22,993 bases of DNA from a virus (lineage: Duplodnaviria; Heunggongvirae; Uroviricota; Caudoviricetes): IMG/VR virus record IMGVR_UViG_2713896729_000008, positions 1-22,993 of that record. One strand, 5' to 3'. The notes beneath the pieces are model-generated. The model did no database searches. It worked only from the letters and a program-made list of their open reading frames with translations, and was not told the DNA's origin. Both the position numbers and the translations under genes were made by a program. Positions 1 through 8,881 of the stretch are shown piece after piece; the stretch's first letter is position 1; every line of letters starts with the position of its first letter.

Positions 1-215
1 GAAACCGCTATTGCCCGTGAGCTTGAAGGATTTTATCTGCGACAGCACGGGCAAACAAAAGGCATGGAAATCGCCTGCGCCCTGCTTTCAGACCTGATGG
101 AATCCGGCCCTCTAATGTCCTGTCCCGCACTCTCCCAGCTCGGAATAGCCGTAATGGATGAGTTATGCGTCCGTCACATCAAAAAGCCAGTTTTACACTG
201 AGGGAGAACTGCATC

Positions 216-1691
216 ATGTCAGGAATGAAAGTCAGTCAGGCCGTGAAGGCTGCCCGCGGTCACTGGGCTCAGATTCTGCCAGCGCTGGGCGTGAATATAT
301 TGAAAAATCGCCATCAGCCTTGTCCGGTCTGTGGCGGTAAAGATCGTTTTCGCTTCGACGATCAGGAAGGACGTGGAACATGGTTCTGCAATCAGTGCGG
401 AGCCGGGGATGGTTTAGCGCTTGTCACCAGGGCACTGAATGTGGATATCAGTGAAGCAGCTGACAGGATACATGGACTGACACATGGTCTCTCTATAGCT
501 AATTCCGAAGTCAAGACGTTAACCGCCGATGCCGATAGCGGGAAAGATGCAGCGGCAGCACTTGCCGCGCGACTGCTGCAAGCCTCGCGTGAATCTGCCG
601 GAAACACTTATCTTACACATAAAGGTTTCCCGGAGCATATTTGCCATGAGCTGACTTCAGATCATAAAACCGGTGGGGTGATGTTCCGCCCCGGTGATTT
701 GATCGTCCCGCTCTATAACACTGACGGGGTGCTGGTGAATATTCAGCTTATCAGTGGCAATGGTAGCAAGTGTTTTCTTAAAGGGGGTCAGGTTAAGGAG
801 GCCTATCATCTGATAGAAGGGAGCGGGAGTTCAGTAAGAAGGATGTGGATTGCGGAAGGCTACGCCACGGCGCTTACCATTCATCATCTGACAGGAGAAG
901 CCGTCATGGTGGCATTTTCGGCGGTCAACTTTCTTTCTCTGGCCAGCGTTGCCCATAACAAGTATCCGGGATATCAGTTAATTATTGCAGCGGACCGCGA
1001 TCTGAATGGTTCAGGCCAGAACAGGGCGGAAGCTGCTGCAAAAGCGTGTCAATGTGACATTGTCCTGCCACCGGTTTTTGGTGACTGGAATGATGCGCTT
1101 GCCCATTACGGAGAGGAATCCACCCTGAAGGCAATTCTTGAGGCTTTGAAGCCACATAACGCCAGTCCTTTCGACACGATGAGTGAAGCAGAATTCACAG
1201 CGATGAGTGTCAGCGAAAAAGCTCAGAGGGTTCGGGAGCATTACAGGGATGCACTGGCGGTTGATCCGAACGGTCAGCTTTTATCCCGCTATGAGTCTGG
1301 AGCGTGGAAAGTGATTTCTCAGTCTGATTTTGCCCGAGATGTCGCAGCCCTTTTCCAGCGCCTCGGTGCACCGTTTTCCTCAGGAAAAATTGCCTCACTG
1401 GTGGAAACATTAAAGTTAATTGTTCCGCAGCAGCAAAATCCGGCACGTCATCTGATCGGTTTTCGTAATGGCGTCCTCGATACGCGAACAGGGCTGTTTA
1501 GTCCGCACTGTAAAGAGAAGTGGCTGCGTACCCTGTGTGAAGTTGATTTCACGCCACCGGTAAATGGGGAAACGCTTGAAACTCATGCCCCGGCATTCTG
1601 GCGCTGGCTGGACAGGGCAGCCGGGCGCAAGCCAGCAAAACGCGACATTATTCTCGCAGCGCTGTTTATGGTGCTGGCGAACCGCTATGAC
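216..1691 (+). CDS. P4 alpha-like primase (N-terminal zinc-binding primase region), 3' end lost at assembly gap
   Basis: ATG at 216 preceded by RBS-like agggagaa (201-208). Translation carries CPVCGG...RFRFDD...WFCNQCG, the zinc-ribbon primase signature of satellite phage P4 alpha and related island primases. The track ORF 165..2147 runs through the N-run at 1692-1701 and is meaningless beyond it. Confidence 0.75.
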
Positions 1692-1701
1692 NNNNNNNNN
1701 N
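1692..1701. other. assembly gap (10 N)
   Basis: Run of n; unrelated genes on opposite strands either side. Confidence 0.95.
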
Positions 1702-2057
1702 GTGATCGCACCGGCAAGCCCCCTGAACATGGGGATCATCCCGCCGAAGGAGTCCTTCACCTGACCACCCTGTTGCAGCAGGATCAGCCACGGACTCTGC
1801 CCGCCTGCAAGCTGCGTGGCCACGTCGGTGAACTGCGCAGGCAGCATACGCATGGCGGCTTTATACTGCCCGACGGAAATCCCCGCTTTCTGTGCAGCCA
1901 GCGCCTGTCGGCTCAGCGACTGTTCAACGACTGCCGCTGTTTTTTTCGCATCACTTTCCGTACCGGAAAAATGACGCCTGACTCTGGCCATCTGCTCGTC
2001 AAATCTGGCCGCATCCAGACTCAAATCAACGACCAGATCGCCTACCGGTTCAGCCAT
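1702..2057 (-). CDS. H: lambda-like tail tape measure protein gpH, N-terminal fragment (cut by gap)
   Basis: Minus-strand translation MAEPVGDLVVDLSLDAARFDEQMARVRRHFSGTESDAKK...GGQVKDSFGGMIPMFRGLAGAI is recognisable as the N-terminus of phage lambda gpH; ends at the N-run. Confidence 0.85.
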
Positions 2058-2235
2058 ACCGGACTCCTCCTGCGATCCCTTCTGATACTGTCATCAGCAT
2101 TACGTCATCCTCCGTCATGTCCGCCACATCCGGGGAAGCGGGGATAACTTCATTCCCGTCCGGGCCAAAACGAACGCCTCCGGCAAGCCCTGCCGCTTTC
2201 TGCATCAGCACATCATCTTCAGGCTCTTCGTCAGC
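2050..2235 (-). CDS. lambda-like tail assembly chaperone (gpT / G-T) C-terminal fragment
   Basis: Minus-strand ORF ending ...MTVSEGIAGGVRYG with stop overlapping the gpH start by 8 nt, the position gene T occupies in lambda. Only the post-gap portion is credited. Confidence 0.55.
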   Translation of the reverse strand, partial: ADEEPEDDVLMQKAAGLAGGVRFGPDGNEVIPASPDVADMTEDDVMLMTVSEGIAGGVRYG

Positions 2236-2245
2236 NNNNNNNNNN
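2236..2245. other. assembly gap (10 N)
   Basis: Run of n separating minus-strand H/T fragment from plus-strand I/J fragment. Confidence 0.95.
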
Positions 2246-2696
2246 GACGGCGCAGTTACATGAGGTTCTGCCTGACGGCGCTGTGATTCATATTGTTCCC
2301 AGAGTCGCCGGGGCCAAGTCAGGGGGCGTATTCCAGATTGTCCTGGGAGCAGCCGCCATTGCCGGATCATTCTTTACCGCCGGAGCCACCCTTGCAGCAT
2401 GGGGGGCAGCCATTGGGGCCGGTGGTATGACCGGCATCCTGTTTTCTCTCGGTGCCAGTATGGTACTTGGTGGTGTGGCGCAGATGCTGGCACCGAAAGC
2501 CAGAACTCCCCGTACACAGACAACGGATAACGGCAAACAGAACACCTATTTCTCCTCACTGGATAACATGGTTGCCCAGGGCAATGTTCTGCCTGTTCTG
2601 TACGGTGAAATGCGCGTGGGGTCACGCGTGGTTTCTCAGGAGATCAGCACGGCAGACGAAGGGGATGGTGGTCAGGTTGTGGTGATTGGTCGCTGA
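2246..2696 (+). CDS. I: lambda-like tail assembly protein gpI, C-terminal fragment
   Basis: Frame open from the gap: TAQLHEVLPDGAVIHIVPRVAGAKSGGVFQIVLGAAAIAGSFF...GGQVVVIGR matches the lambda gpI C-terminus; stop at 2694-2696. Confidence 0.85.
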
Positions 2697-2756
2697 TGCA
2701 AAACATTTTATGTGAAACCGCCTGCGGGCGGTTTTGTCGTTTATGGAGCGTGACGA

Positions 2757-3046
2757 ATGGGTAAAGGCAGCAGTAAGGGGCATACCCCGCGCGAAGCGAA
2801 GGACAACCTGAAGTCCACGCAGCTGCTGAGTGTGATCGATGCCATCAGCGAAGGGCCGGTTGAAGGTCCGGTGGACGGATTAAAAAGCGTGCTGCTGAAC
2901 AGTACGCCGGTGCTGGACAGTGAGGGGAATACCAATATATCCGGCGTCACGGTGGTGTTCCGGACCGGTGAGCAGGAGCAGTCACCGCCGGAGGGATTTG
3001 AATCCTCCGGCTCCGAGACGGTGCTGGGTACGGAAGTGAAATATGA
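2757..3046 (+). CDS. J: lambda-like host specificity / tail tip protein gpJ, N-terminal fragment (cut by gap)
   Basis: MGKGSSKGHTPREAKDNLKSTQLLSVIDAISEGP...VLGTEVKY is the recognisable lambda gpJ N-terminus; gene order I then J preserved. Confidence 0.85.
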
Positions 3047-3056
3047 NNNNNNNNNN
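3047..3056. other. assembly gap (10 N)
   Basis: Run of n. Confidence 0.95.
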
Positions 3057-3391
3057 CACTTTCAAAAGTCCCTGAACTTCCCAACGAATCCGCAATTAAA
3101 TATTCTGCCCATGCGGGGAAGGATGAGAAGCTTCGACCAAGGTTCGACTCGAGCGCCAGCGAGAGAGCGTTGCCGCAGGCAACGACCCGAAGGGCGAAGC
3201 GCGCAGCGCTGAGTAATCCTTCCCCCACCACCATCACTTTTCAAAAGTCCGTAAACTCTCAAACGAATCCGCAATTAAATATTCTGCCCAAGCGGGGAAG
3301 GATGAGAAGCTTCGACCAAGGTTCGACTTGAGCGCCAGCGAGAGAGCGTTGCCGCAGGCAACGACCCGAAGGGCGAAGCGCGCAGCGCTGA
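3057..3391. repeat. tandem direct repeat, two copies of a ~178-bp unit (second copy cut by gap)
   Basis: Copy 1 starts at 3057 (cactttcaaaagtcc...), copy 2 at 3235 (cacttttcaaaagtcc...), near-identical with a few substitutions and a 1-bp indel. Each unit contains a 7-bp-arm dyad cgttgcc-gca-ggcaacg (copy 1 at 3168-3184) and the palindrome cagcgctg. Confidence 0.8.
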
Positions 3392-3401
3392 NNNNNNNNN
3401 N
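3392..3401. other. assembly gap (10 N)
   Basis: Run of n. Confidence 0.95.
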
Positions 3402-3798
3402 AGGAGCCAACTTTTTTATCGTTGACGTAAACATCAAAATTCGCAGCCTGACTCAGCGCATTAATAAATGACACCCAGGCATTGTCACCGTTTCGCCAGC
3501 CAAGGAATGACGGTAAGGGGTACTGGCTGTTATCCATGACGACCGTTATCTCTGTTCCGTCATCGCTGGAATTGACGGAAGTGCCATCAGGCAGGGTGAG
3601 CCAGACGCTGTGTTGCAGAATATTCTGCGCATCCGGATTGCCAGTACAATTCAGATTAAATACCACCTTATCCGGGCTGGTAATGATATATTCGGTCACG
3701 CCCTGACCAAATCCGCTGGTCCACATATTGGGCAGGGCATGGGCTGTTGACGCGGAAGCCAGTATGGCTGCGGTGAGAATACAGTGAGACAGTCTCAT
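3402..3798 (-). CDS. exported protein of unknown function, 3' end lost at gap
   Basis: Minus-strand ORF with a classic signal peptide MRLSHCILTAAILASASTAHA followed by a hydrophilic domain; frame runs into the N-run. The track extension into the tandem repeat (3259-3391) is not credited. Confidence 0.6.
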
Positions 3799-3892
3799 GA
3801 TATTGTCCTTAAGTAATGAATACTGTTAATGTGTTGATAATAGCGATTGCAATTAAACGGTGATGTTCAGCATTCCTTCTGCTGAATAACCA

Positions 3893-4432
3893 TCAGCCAG
3901 TCAGCAGTACCAGTATCAGCGCGACCAGCCAGACCCAGAAGTAAGCCGGTTTCTGACTGAGGGCCTTTGCCCGACGCCACAGATAAAACGGTACCAGCCA
4001 GGCCAGCCAGCCAAAGGCGGTGGTATCCACGCCGGATTTACGGAGCCGCCGTTCATCCAGATATCCCAGCGCAATATTCAGTATCAGCGTGATAAACCAG
4101 TATTGCCCTTCACTTACTGCGGCATACGCTTCCTCAAATTCCATTCCGCTCAGCCCTGCAGTCCATATTTCCAGGGCATACCCAATCAGGGGAGCAAAAG
4201 CCAGCGTCCAGACCACGCCACCGGGGATACGATGGCCGGGGAGCGCGGGGGGAACCGCACTTTGTTTCAGCACTTCTGCGAGCCGTGTAGCTGACAGCGG
4301 CTGCCATTCTGTCATTCCCTGTTGCCATACCAGCGTTGATGCATTCAACTCTCCGCGCTGAATGCGTTCGGTTATGTCGGCTTCGGTCACATTGTCATGA
4401 CGCACGCCATTTTTCTCATAATGCCAGTTCAT
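3893..4432 (-). CDS. membrane protein with N-terminal DUF4339-like (GYF-like) domain
   Basis: 179-aa ORF; N-terminus MNWHYEKNGVRHDNVTEADITERIQRGELNASTLVWQQGMTEWQPLS resembles the DUF4339 fold, followed by hydrophobic segments (WTLAFAPLIGYALEIW, YWFITLILNIALGYL, FGWLAWLVPFYLW, WVWLVALILVLL). Domain name from memory, not verified. Confidence 0.6.
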   Translation of the reverse strand: MNWHYEKNGVRHDNVTEADITERIQRGELNASTLVWQQGMTEWQPLSATRLAEVLKQSAVPPALPGHRIPGGVVWTLAFAPLIGYALEIWTAGLSGMEFEEAYAAVSEGQYWFITLILNIALGYLDERRLRKSGVDTTAFGWLAWLVPFYLWRRAKALSQKPAYFWVWLVALILVLLTG

Positions 4433-4498
4433 TCTTTTCCTTATTTTTTATTCTGTTGAGTGAATACGGGAAGCGTCTCCCGGAGGCCGGGGGTTAGT

Positions 4499-4960
4499 TC
4501 ATTCTTCAAGGTATTCGAAAGAATCGACTGGCCTGCCGTTGTAGTACATCACGACATCGGCCAGTGATTTCCTGTTCTTCAGTTTGACAAAACCTGCACT
4601 GAATGCCTTGCTGCAGTACTGCTCCAGGGACATTTTCGCCGCCGGGACCAGCTCCATGGCATCACCATCAGAACGGTCAACCACACCCCAGATACCGTTG
4701 GGGCATTTCCAGTCGGTGGGGACCATTCTGACGATGGCGACGCGCCCGTTTTCCGATTGCGCGACCACTTCACACATCTTTCGCACCAGCCTGTACTGGT
4801 TACACCAGAAGGGGTTGTTGTGTTTTACATCGCGGATGTAGGCCGGAATGCCGCCTTTGATAGCCCCTGAAAACCACCAGAGACATCAGCATGGGCCGGT
4901 GTCAGTAAATACAGATTCAGGGCTGCAGCAGAGACGACACCTTTCAGCTTATGGCTCATG
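4499..4960 (-). pseudogene. exported protein gene with apparent frameshift (or sequencing error)
   Basis: ATG at 4960 with RBS ggagaa encodes a signal-peptide-like MSHKLKGVVSAAALNLYLLTPAHA and stops after 46 codons near 4822. A second frame is open from 4885 to 4499 (...GGIPAYIRDVKHNNPFWCNQYRLV...YNGRPVDSFEYLEE). The two frames overlap for about 60 nt, consistent with a single indel. The ATG at 4960 overlaps the upstream lipoprotein stop (ATGA). Confidence 0.4.
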
Positions 4961-5411
4961 GGTTGTTCTCCTGATTCTCCGGCAGGTAGAGTTTCCCCAT
5001 TTCCTTGCCATCGTGCGAATACACCACCGATTTCTCACCCGTATAGCTGTCGGTCTCAATCCGGAAGCTCAGGGCGATATTGTCAGCAAGGCACAGGGCG
5101 GCTATCAGCGGCTGCACCGTTTTCTGCTGCATATCGGCAATGTAGTAATAACTGCCGGACTCACAGCCTTCCGGCGACTGGCGGGTTTTCATTACCGTGT
5201 ATTGCGGCGTGCCGAAGGCATCCTTTTTTACCCATTCCTGCACGATGTCGGATTTATGCGCCACCACATCGCTGAACGGTGGTGGAGTCAGGTCCTTAAA
5301 TCGGGCTATCGCTTTCACGCCAGCATCTTCCTTGCTGTCACAACCGGAAACACTGATAGCACTGATAACGGCCAGAACAGTGACAACAATACGCGGGTAT
5401 GTTTTTTTCAT
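4956..5411 (-). CDS. lipoprotein of unknown function
   Basis: 151-aa ORF; signal peptide with lipobox MKKTYPRIVVTVLAVISAISVSGC. Confidence 0.65.
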   Translation of the reverse strand: MKKTYPRIVVTVLAVISAISVSGCDSKEDAGVKAIARFKDLTPPPFSDVVAHKSDIVQEWVKKDAFGTPQYTVMKTRQSPEGCESGSYYYIADMQQKTVQPLIAALCLADNIALSFRIETDSYTGEKSVVYSHDGKEMGKLYLPENQENNP

Positions 5412-5449
5412 GACGTTGATCCCTTGCTGATAATATCGTTTTGACTGCG

Positions 5450-6085
5450 TCAGCAGTTACCGGTACGACGGCATAGCTCAGCAAGACTCTGCTGTGCCAC
5501 CCACTGTTGCAGTTCCCTGTCTTTTTCAGTACGCCGGGCTGCAAGCGCTGCCTGCTGCCGTTTGTTAACACAATTGTCCTTTACCATCATCATGACTTCC
5601 GGCGTGAACTGTTTTTTGAGTTCAGCCGCTTTTTCATCAACATTTTCAACGGCGGGATACTGGTAGAGCAGCTTGTCTTCAACGGCTGTCCAGTAGTTAG
5701 CCATCCGGTCATCAACGACAGCGAAATAACAGCCCTGTCCTTCATTATTGCCCTGATAAATAATCCGGAGATGTAGCGGATATTCGTCACGGGGTTTTAT
5801 ATCAATGTATCTGACCGTCAGGGATTTTTTGTCTGCCAGATAAAGCGAGCCTCCATCTCTGCTGCGAAGAAAAAAGTGATTCGTCCAGGGATAATTGTCG
5901 AGTACAACCGCCTGATAGAGTGCGTTATGCATATGGTTATCATCGTATCCATCAGCGGATTTCCAGCCATCTGCCTGCATGGACTTCCAGGTTCTGACTG
6001 AACCCACGATATTTTCAGCGAGGACCGGGGGCGCTGAGATAATGCTGAGACTGGCGACCAGCGCCGCTGTGATGAGTAATTTCAT
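5450..6085 (-). CDS. exported protein of unknown function
   Basis: 211-aa ORF; signal peptide MKLLITAALVASLSIISAPPVLA; start overlaps the stop of the upstream regulator gene by 4 nt (operon-like). Confidence 0.65.
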   Translation of the reverse strand: MKLLITAALVASLSIISAPPVLAENIVGSVRTWKSMQADGWKSADGYDDNHMHNALYQAVVLDNYPWTNHFFLRSRDGGSLYLADKKSLTVRYIDIKPRDEYPLHLRIIYQGNNEGQGCYFAVVDDRMANYWTAVEDKLLYQYPAVENVDEKAAELKKQFTPEVMMMVKDNCVNKRQQAALAARRTEKDRELQQWVAQQSLAELCRRTGNC

Positions 6086-6795
6086 ACCTGTTCCTTATGG
6101 ATAATCTGCCCGTAACTGTCGTCAGCGAGCAGTGAATGAAAAAGATGAAAATGAGGTAACGCCTGTAAAAAATCCGGGCGTGACAGGATGCGGGTGAAAT
6201 GTCCGTCTGGTGTGAAGGTTTCCGGGTGAAACATCACAGAGTGAACAGTGTGCAGTGCAAAAATGGTTATCCTGCCGAGGTGTTCTCCTGCCAGAAACCA
6301 CTCACCGGAACTGAAAATCAGCCGGTAGGGAGCAAGGCTGTCGCAACGGCACCCGTCAGCCAGGAGGGTTACCCTTCGCTGTTCTGATACCGCCCTGACC
6401 AGTCGGGTGAAGATGCCCGGGCGGGAAGGCGGTATGGGTGCACCCTGATGCCAGATAAGGCATGGTGGGGTGCCCCGACCGCTTAGTAATGAGCTGACCA
6501 GATGGTGGTCCATCTCAGGAAACAGCGCGTCAGTGCCTGACTGACGGGCAAACTGCATTGCTGCCCCGGCCTGAATCTCGTGTCGTCCCCCGCTCAGCAG
6601 ACGGCAGCAGCCATTCTGATATTCGAGGTCGAGATAAATCAGACGCTCGCGGAAATCACGATGCAGGGTACGCTCCGAGACCCCAAACTCCGTCGCCAGT
6701 TTGCGCATATTCAGCGTTTCCCCCGCGAGCAGACGGCTGATAATCAGCGAAAGCCGGACAGACAGGCGGTCATAACGACGCTCAGCCTGAGACAT
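6082..6795 (-). CDS. HTH transcriptional regulator, YfjR-like (CP4-57 prophage family)
   Basis: 237-aa ORF; N-terminus MSQAERRYDRLSVRLSLIISRLLAGETLNMRKLATEFGVSERTLHRDFRER is a DeoR/YafY-type HTH and resembles E. coli YfjR as I recall it. C-terminal ligand domain not verifiable by eye. Confidence 0.7.
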   Translation of the reverse strand: MSQAERRYDRLSVRLSLIISRLLAGETLNMRKLATEFGVSERTLHRDFRERLIYLDLEYQNGCCRLLSGGRHEIQAGAAMQFARQSGTDALFPEMDHHLVSSLLSGRGTPPCLIWHQGAPIPPSRPGIFTRLVRAVSEQRRVTLLADGCRCDSLAPYRLIFSSGEWFLAGEHLGRITIFALHTVHSVMFHPETFTPDGHFTRILSRPDFLQALPHFHLFHSLLADDSYGQIIHKEQV

Positions 6796-7055
6796 GTATT
6801 ATCTCCGTGTTGGGTAAGTGATTAATTAAGAAGGTATTACTGTAAAGGATGAGACTGACAGGTTATGTCCGTGATACGTTGCGAAGCGCCTGGCGCGAAA
6901 AGGCCGTCTGGGTGCCCTGTTGGCAGCAGTAACGCGCTTATGACCGGTGGTATCTTTTGCTGGTGCAGACAGGTTATGTCTGCCACATAAAAATCATCTG
7001 CCGGATGATGAATAAACAGAGTCATTCACTACAGTCCTGATGACCTTTTACTCAT

Positions 7056-7931
7056 TCAGAAGAAGACCCAGTCCCAGACCGCGCGGGCTACAGACACCAC
7101 AGCATCACGCACGGTACGTATCACCGTCTTCAGCGGCGCAGGCAGGAATGACGATGATTCTGCCGTATCGAACACCAGCCCCACCGCCTCACCGAAGCCG
7201 TCACGGGCCTGCGACTTTACCGGCTCCGTGCAGAGCCTCCCGTGCAACTGTGTCGCCAGCGGGCTGGTGGCGCGGTCCGGAAGACAGCGCATCATGGTGC
7301 CCACCATCTCCTCAGTGCCCCATCCGGCCAGCGCGGACACCATGCAGACAGGATGATGTGGTTTAAACATCGCGGTAATGGCTACCTGCTTTTCCTGAAG
7401 ATTTGCCCATTGCTGTGCTGAAGGCGTGCTGGTTCGGGTATCCCATTCGTGGCAGGGTTCTATTTTGTCGGCCTGGTTAATCACGAACAACACCTGCTGC
7501 TGGTAAGGCTGCATCACGCCGCGCCAGAAATGCTCGTCCACCGACAGCGCCCGGTCATCGGCCTTAATGACCCACAACACCAGGTCCAGCTCCGGCAGCA
7601 TACGCCGGTACAGGGCGCGGTATTCCTGGTCCCGTTGTCCGTTTTCGCCCACGCCCGGCAAATCAACAATCACCAGACTGTGACGCCCGCTGCGTAGCCG
7701 GAAGCGCAGCACGGCACGGGTGCAGGCGTTCACATCACTGACGGCGGAGACTTTCCCCCGAAAGAGTTCGTTACAGAGCGACGACTTACCGACACCACTC
7801 TTGCCCATGATGCCAATCACCGGCTCGTAGTGGGTCAGATTCTGAATACGTTCAAGAATAAGCTGGCGAAGCGTATCGGGAAGCGACGACAGCGGTTGTT
7901 CAAGGGCCTGAAGGCCGTGTGGTTTAGTCAT
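7056..7931 (-). CDS. YfjP/YkfA/YeeP-family small GTPase (prophage-island GTP-binding protein)
   Basis: 291-aa ORF with G1 GIMGKSGVGKSS, G3 DLPGVGE and G4 NQADK motifs; size and motifs fit the cryptic-prophage GTPase family of E. coli. Confidence 0.75.
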   Translation of the reverse strand: MTKPHGLQALEQPLSSLPDTLRQLILERIQNLTHYEPVIGIMGKSGVGKSSLCNELFRGKVSAVSDVNACTRAVLRFRLRSGRHSLVIVDLPGVGENGQRDQEYRALYRRMLPELDLVLWVIKADDRALSVDEHFWRGVMQPYQQQVLFVINQADKIEPCHEWDTRTSTPSAQQWANLQEKQVAITAMFKPHHPVCMVSALAGWGTEEMVGTMMRCLPDRATSPLATQLHGRLCTEPVKSQARDGFGEAVGLVFDTAESSSFLPAPLKTVIRTVRDAVVSVARAVWDWVFF

Positions 7932-7948
7932 AAAGGATTCTCAGCGTG

Positions 7949-7989
7949 AAAAACAAAAATCCCCGCACTCCGGTCAGGGAGGCGGGGGA
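7949..7989 (-). terminator. candidate rho-independent terminator (minus strand)
   Basis: On the minus strand, a GC-rich imperfect hairpin (cccgcctcc ... ggagtgcggg) is followed by gatttttgttttt, about 60 nt downstream of the stop of the 8054-8881 gene. Confidence 0.45.
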
Positions 7990-8053
7990 TTCACGAAGAT
8001 AATATCTGTCTGAGATTATTTCGAATGAAGCTTATTGCTTCTGCCATATCACT

Positions 8054-8881
8054 TTATGATTGCCGTGATTGACTCTTCGCATCATTAAAAGCATTGTTAA
8101 TCAGTTCGTTAAGAATTTCCTTCGATGTGGTCTTCTCTACATGCGCAATAAACTCAAGTTTTTTTTGAGCCGCTTTGGTCAACTTCACAGCAGCTGGTTC
8201 CTTAGCTCTTCTGGCTCTTCTTTCCTTTTGCTCCCATGCATTTTTAAGCTCATCAAGAAGAATATCTTTATGATTTTTATTGATGCCATTTTCCGGCATG
8301 ATGCCATGTCCAAGAAACTTTCCTTTATTACGCCTTTTATTTTTGCCGTTAAGATAAGATTCCTGCTCGGTAGTCCATCCTTTCCAGTTATCAAAAATAG
8401 CAAAGATAAAATAATATTTCTCTTTATTATCATGTGGTTTTAATGGAATGCCTAAGCATCGTTCCTGCATTTGTTGCCATAACCACTGGCATTGAGTTTC
8501 ATCTTTGCTGTTAACCCATGAAAAAGGTGCTGGGTAAAGGGCGTACTGGTGACGCCATTCGATATCTATAGATGAGATTAAATTTGATATTTTTTGAGGC
8601 TTTTTTACGAAGGTTATCAACAGGTGTACGAATAAAGAAAAGCCAACGTTTCTCTCTGAGACATCCTTAATTCTTTTAAAAAGTAACCCGTTTGCATTTC
8701 TGATATTTTCAGGTGGAATTTTATCGGTCTTTTCTTTTTTATCTTGTTTACAGGTACTAAGGTTTATTTTCTCCGGGGACGAGAATGCGGAGGAAGAAGT
8801 TTTATTTTTAGCATCAATAGTACTGGATTGTTTATCAATAGTATCCACTAACTCAGCAGGAAGAGTCTGCGACCACGGCAT
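8054..8881 (-). CDS. hypothetical protein in AT-rich DNA, K/R-rich C-terminus
   Basis: 275-aa ORF in a visibly AT-rich stretch; no motif I recognise. C-terminal third is strongly basic (KNKRRNKGKF..., KERRARRAKEPAAVKLTKAAQKK). Confidence 0.5.
   Translation of the reverse strand: MPWSQTLPAELVDTIDKQSSTIDAKNKTSSSAFSSPEKINLSTCKQDKKEKTDKIPPENIRNANGLLFKRIKDVSERNVGFSLFVHLLITFVKKPQKISNLISSIDIEWRHQYALYPAPFSWVNSKDETQCQWLWQQMQERCLGIPLKPHDNKEKYYFIFAIFDNWKGWTTEQESYLNGKNKRRNKGKFLGHGIMPENGINKNHKDILLDELKNAWEQKERRARRAKEPAAVKLTKAAQKKLEFIAHVEKTTSKEILNELINNAFNDAKSQSRQS

Noticed and set aside
1416-1691. Pre-gap portion of the track's minus-strand gpH ORF
   Set aside because: This segment lies inside and antisense to the primase fragment on a different contig piece; only 1702-2057 is genuine gpH sequence.
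165-2147. 660-aa ORF in the six-frame track
   Set aside because: Spans the N-run at 1692-1701. Only 216-1691 is a coherent P4 alpha-like primase reading frame; the part after the gap is antisense to the lambda gpH fragment and reads as low-complexity nonsense.
2246-2370. N-terminal part of track ORF 2050..2370 (minus)
   Set aside because: Antisense to the recognisable gpI coding sequence and separated from the gpT-like C-terminal part by a gap; artificial fusion.
3057-3391. Possible CRISPR array
   Set aside because: Only two units, each about 178 bp, directly abutting with no spacers; not the 28-37-bp repeat/spacer periodicity of CRISPR.
3259-3391. C-terminal extension of the exported-protein ORF into the tandem repeat (and track ORFs 2947..3237, 3062..3274, 3234..3437)
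   Set aside because: These frames are translations of the duplicated repeat units across gaps; identical peptides recur in both copies, so they reflect repeat sequence rather than coding.
4848-5444. 198-aa plus-strand ORF
   Set aside because: Antisense to the lipoprotein gene (4956-5411), which has a clean signal peptide and lipobox; the plus-strand product is low-complexity and lacks an RBS context.
7040-7697. Plus-strand ORFs 7040..7366 and 7449..7697
   Set aside because: Both lie antisense within the GTPase gene, whose G1/G3/G4 motifs fix the true frame; products are Pro/Arg-rich artefacts of GC-rich antisense.
8069-8443. 124-aa plus-strand ORF and 82-aa minus ORF at 8185..8433
   Set aside because: Embedded in or antisense to the 8054-8881 gene within AT-rich sequence, where long spurious ORFs arise easily; no start context.
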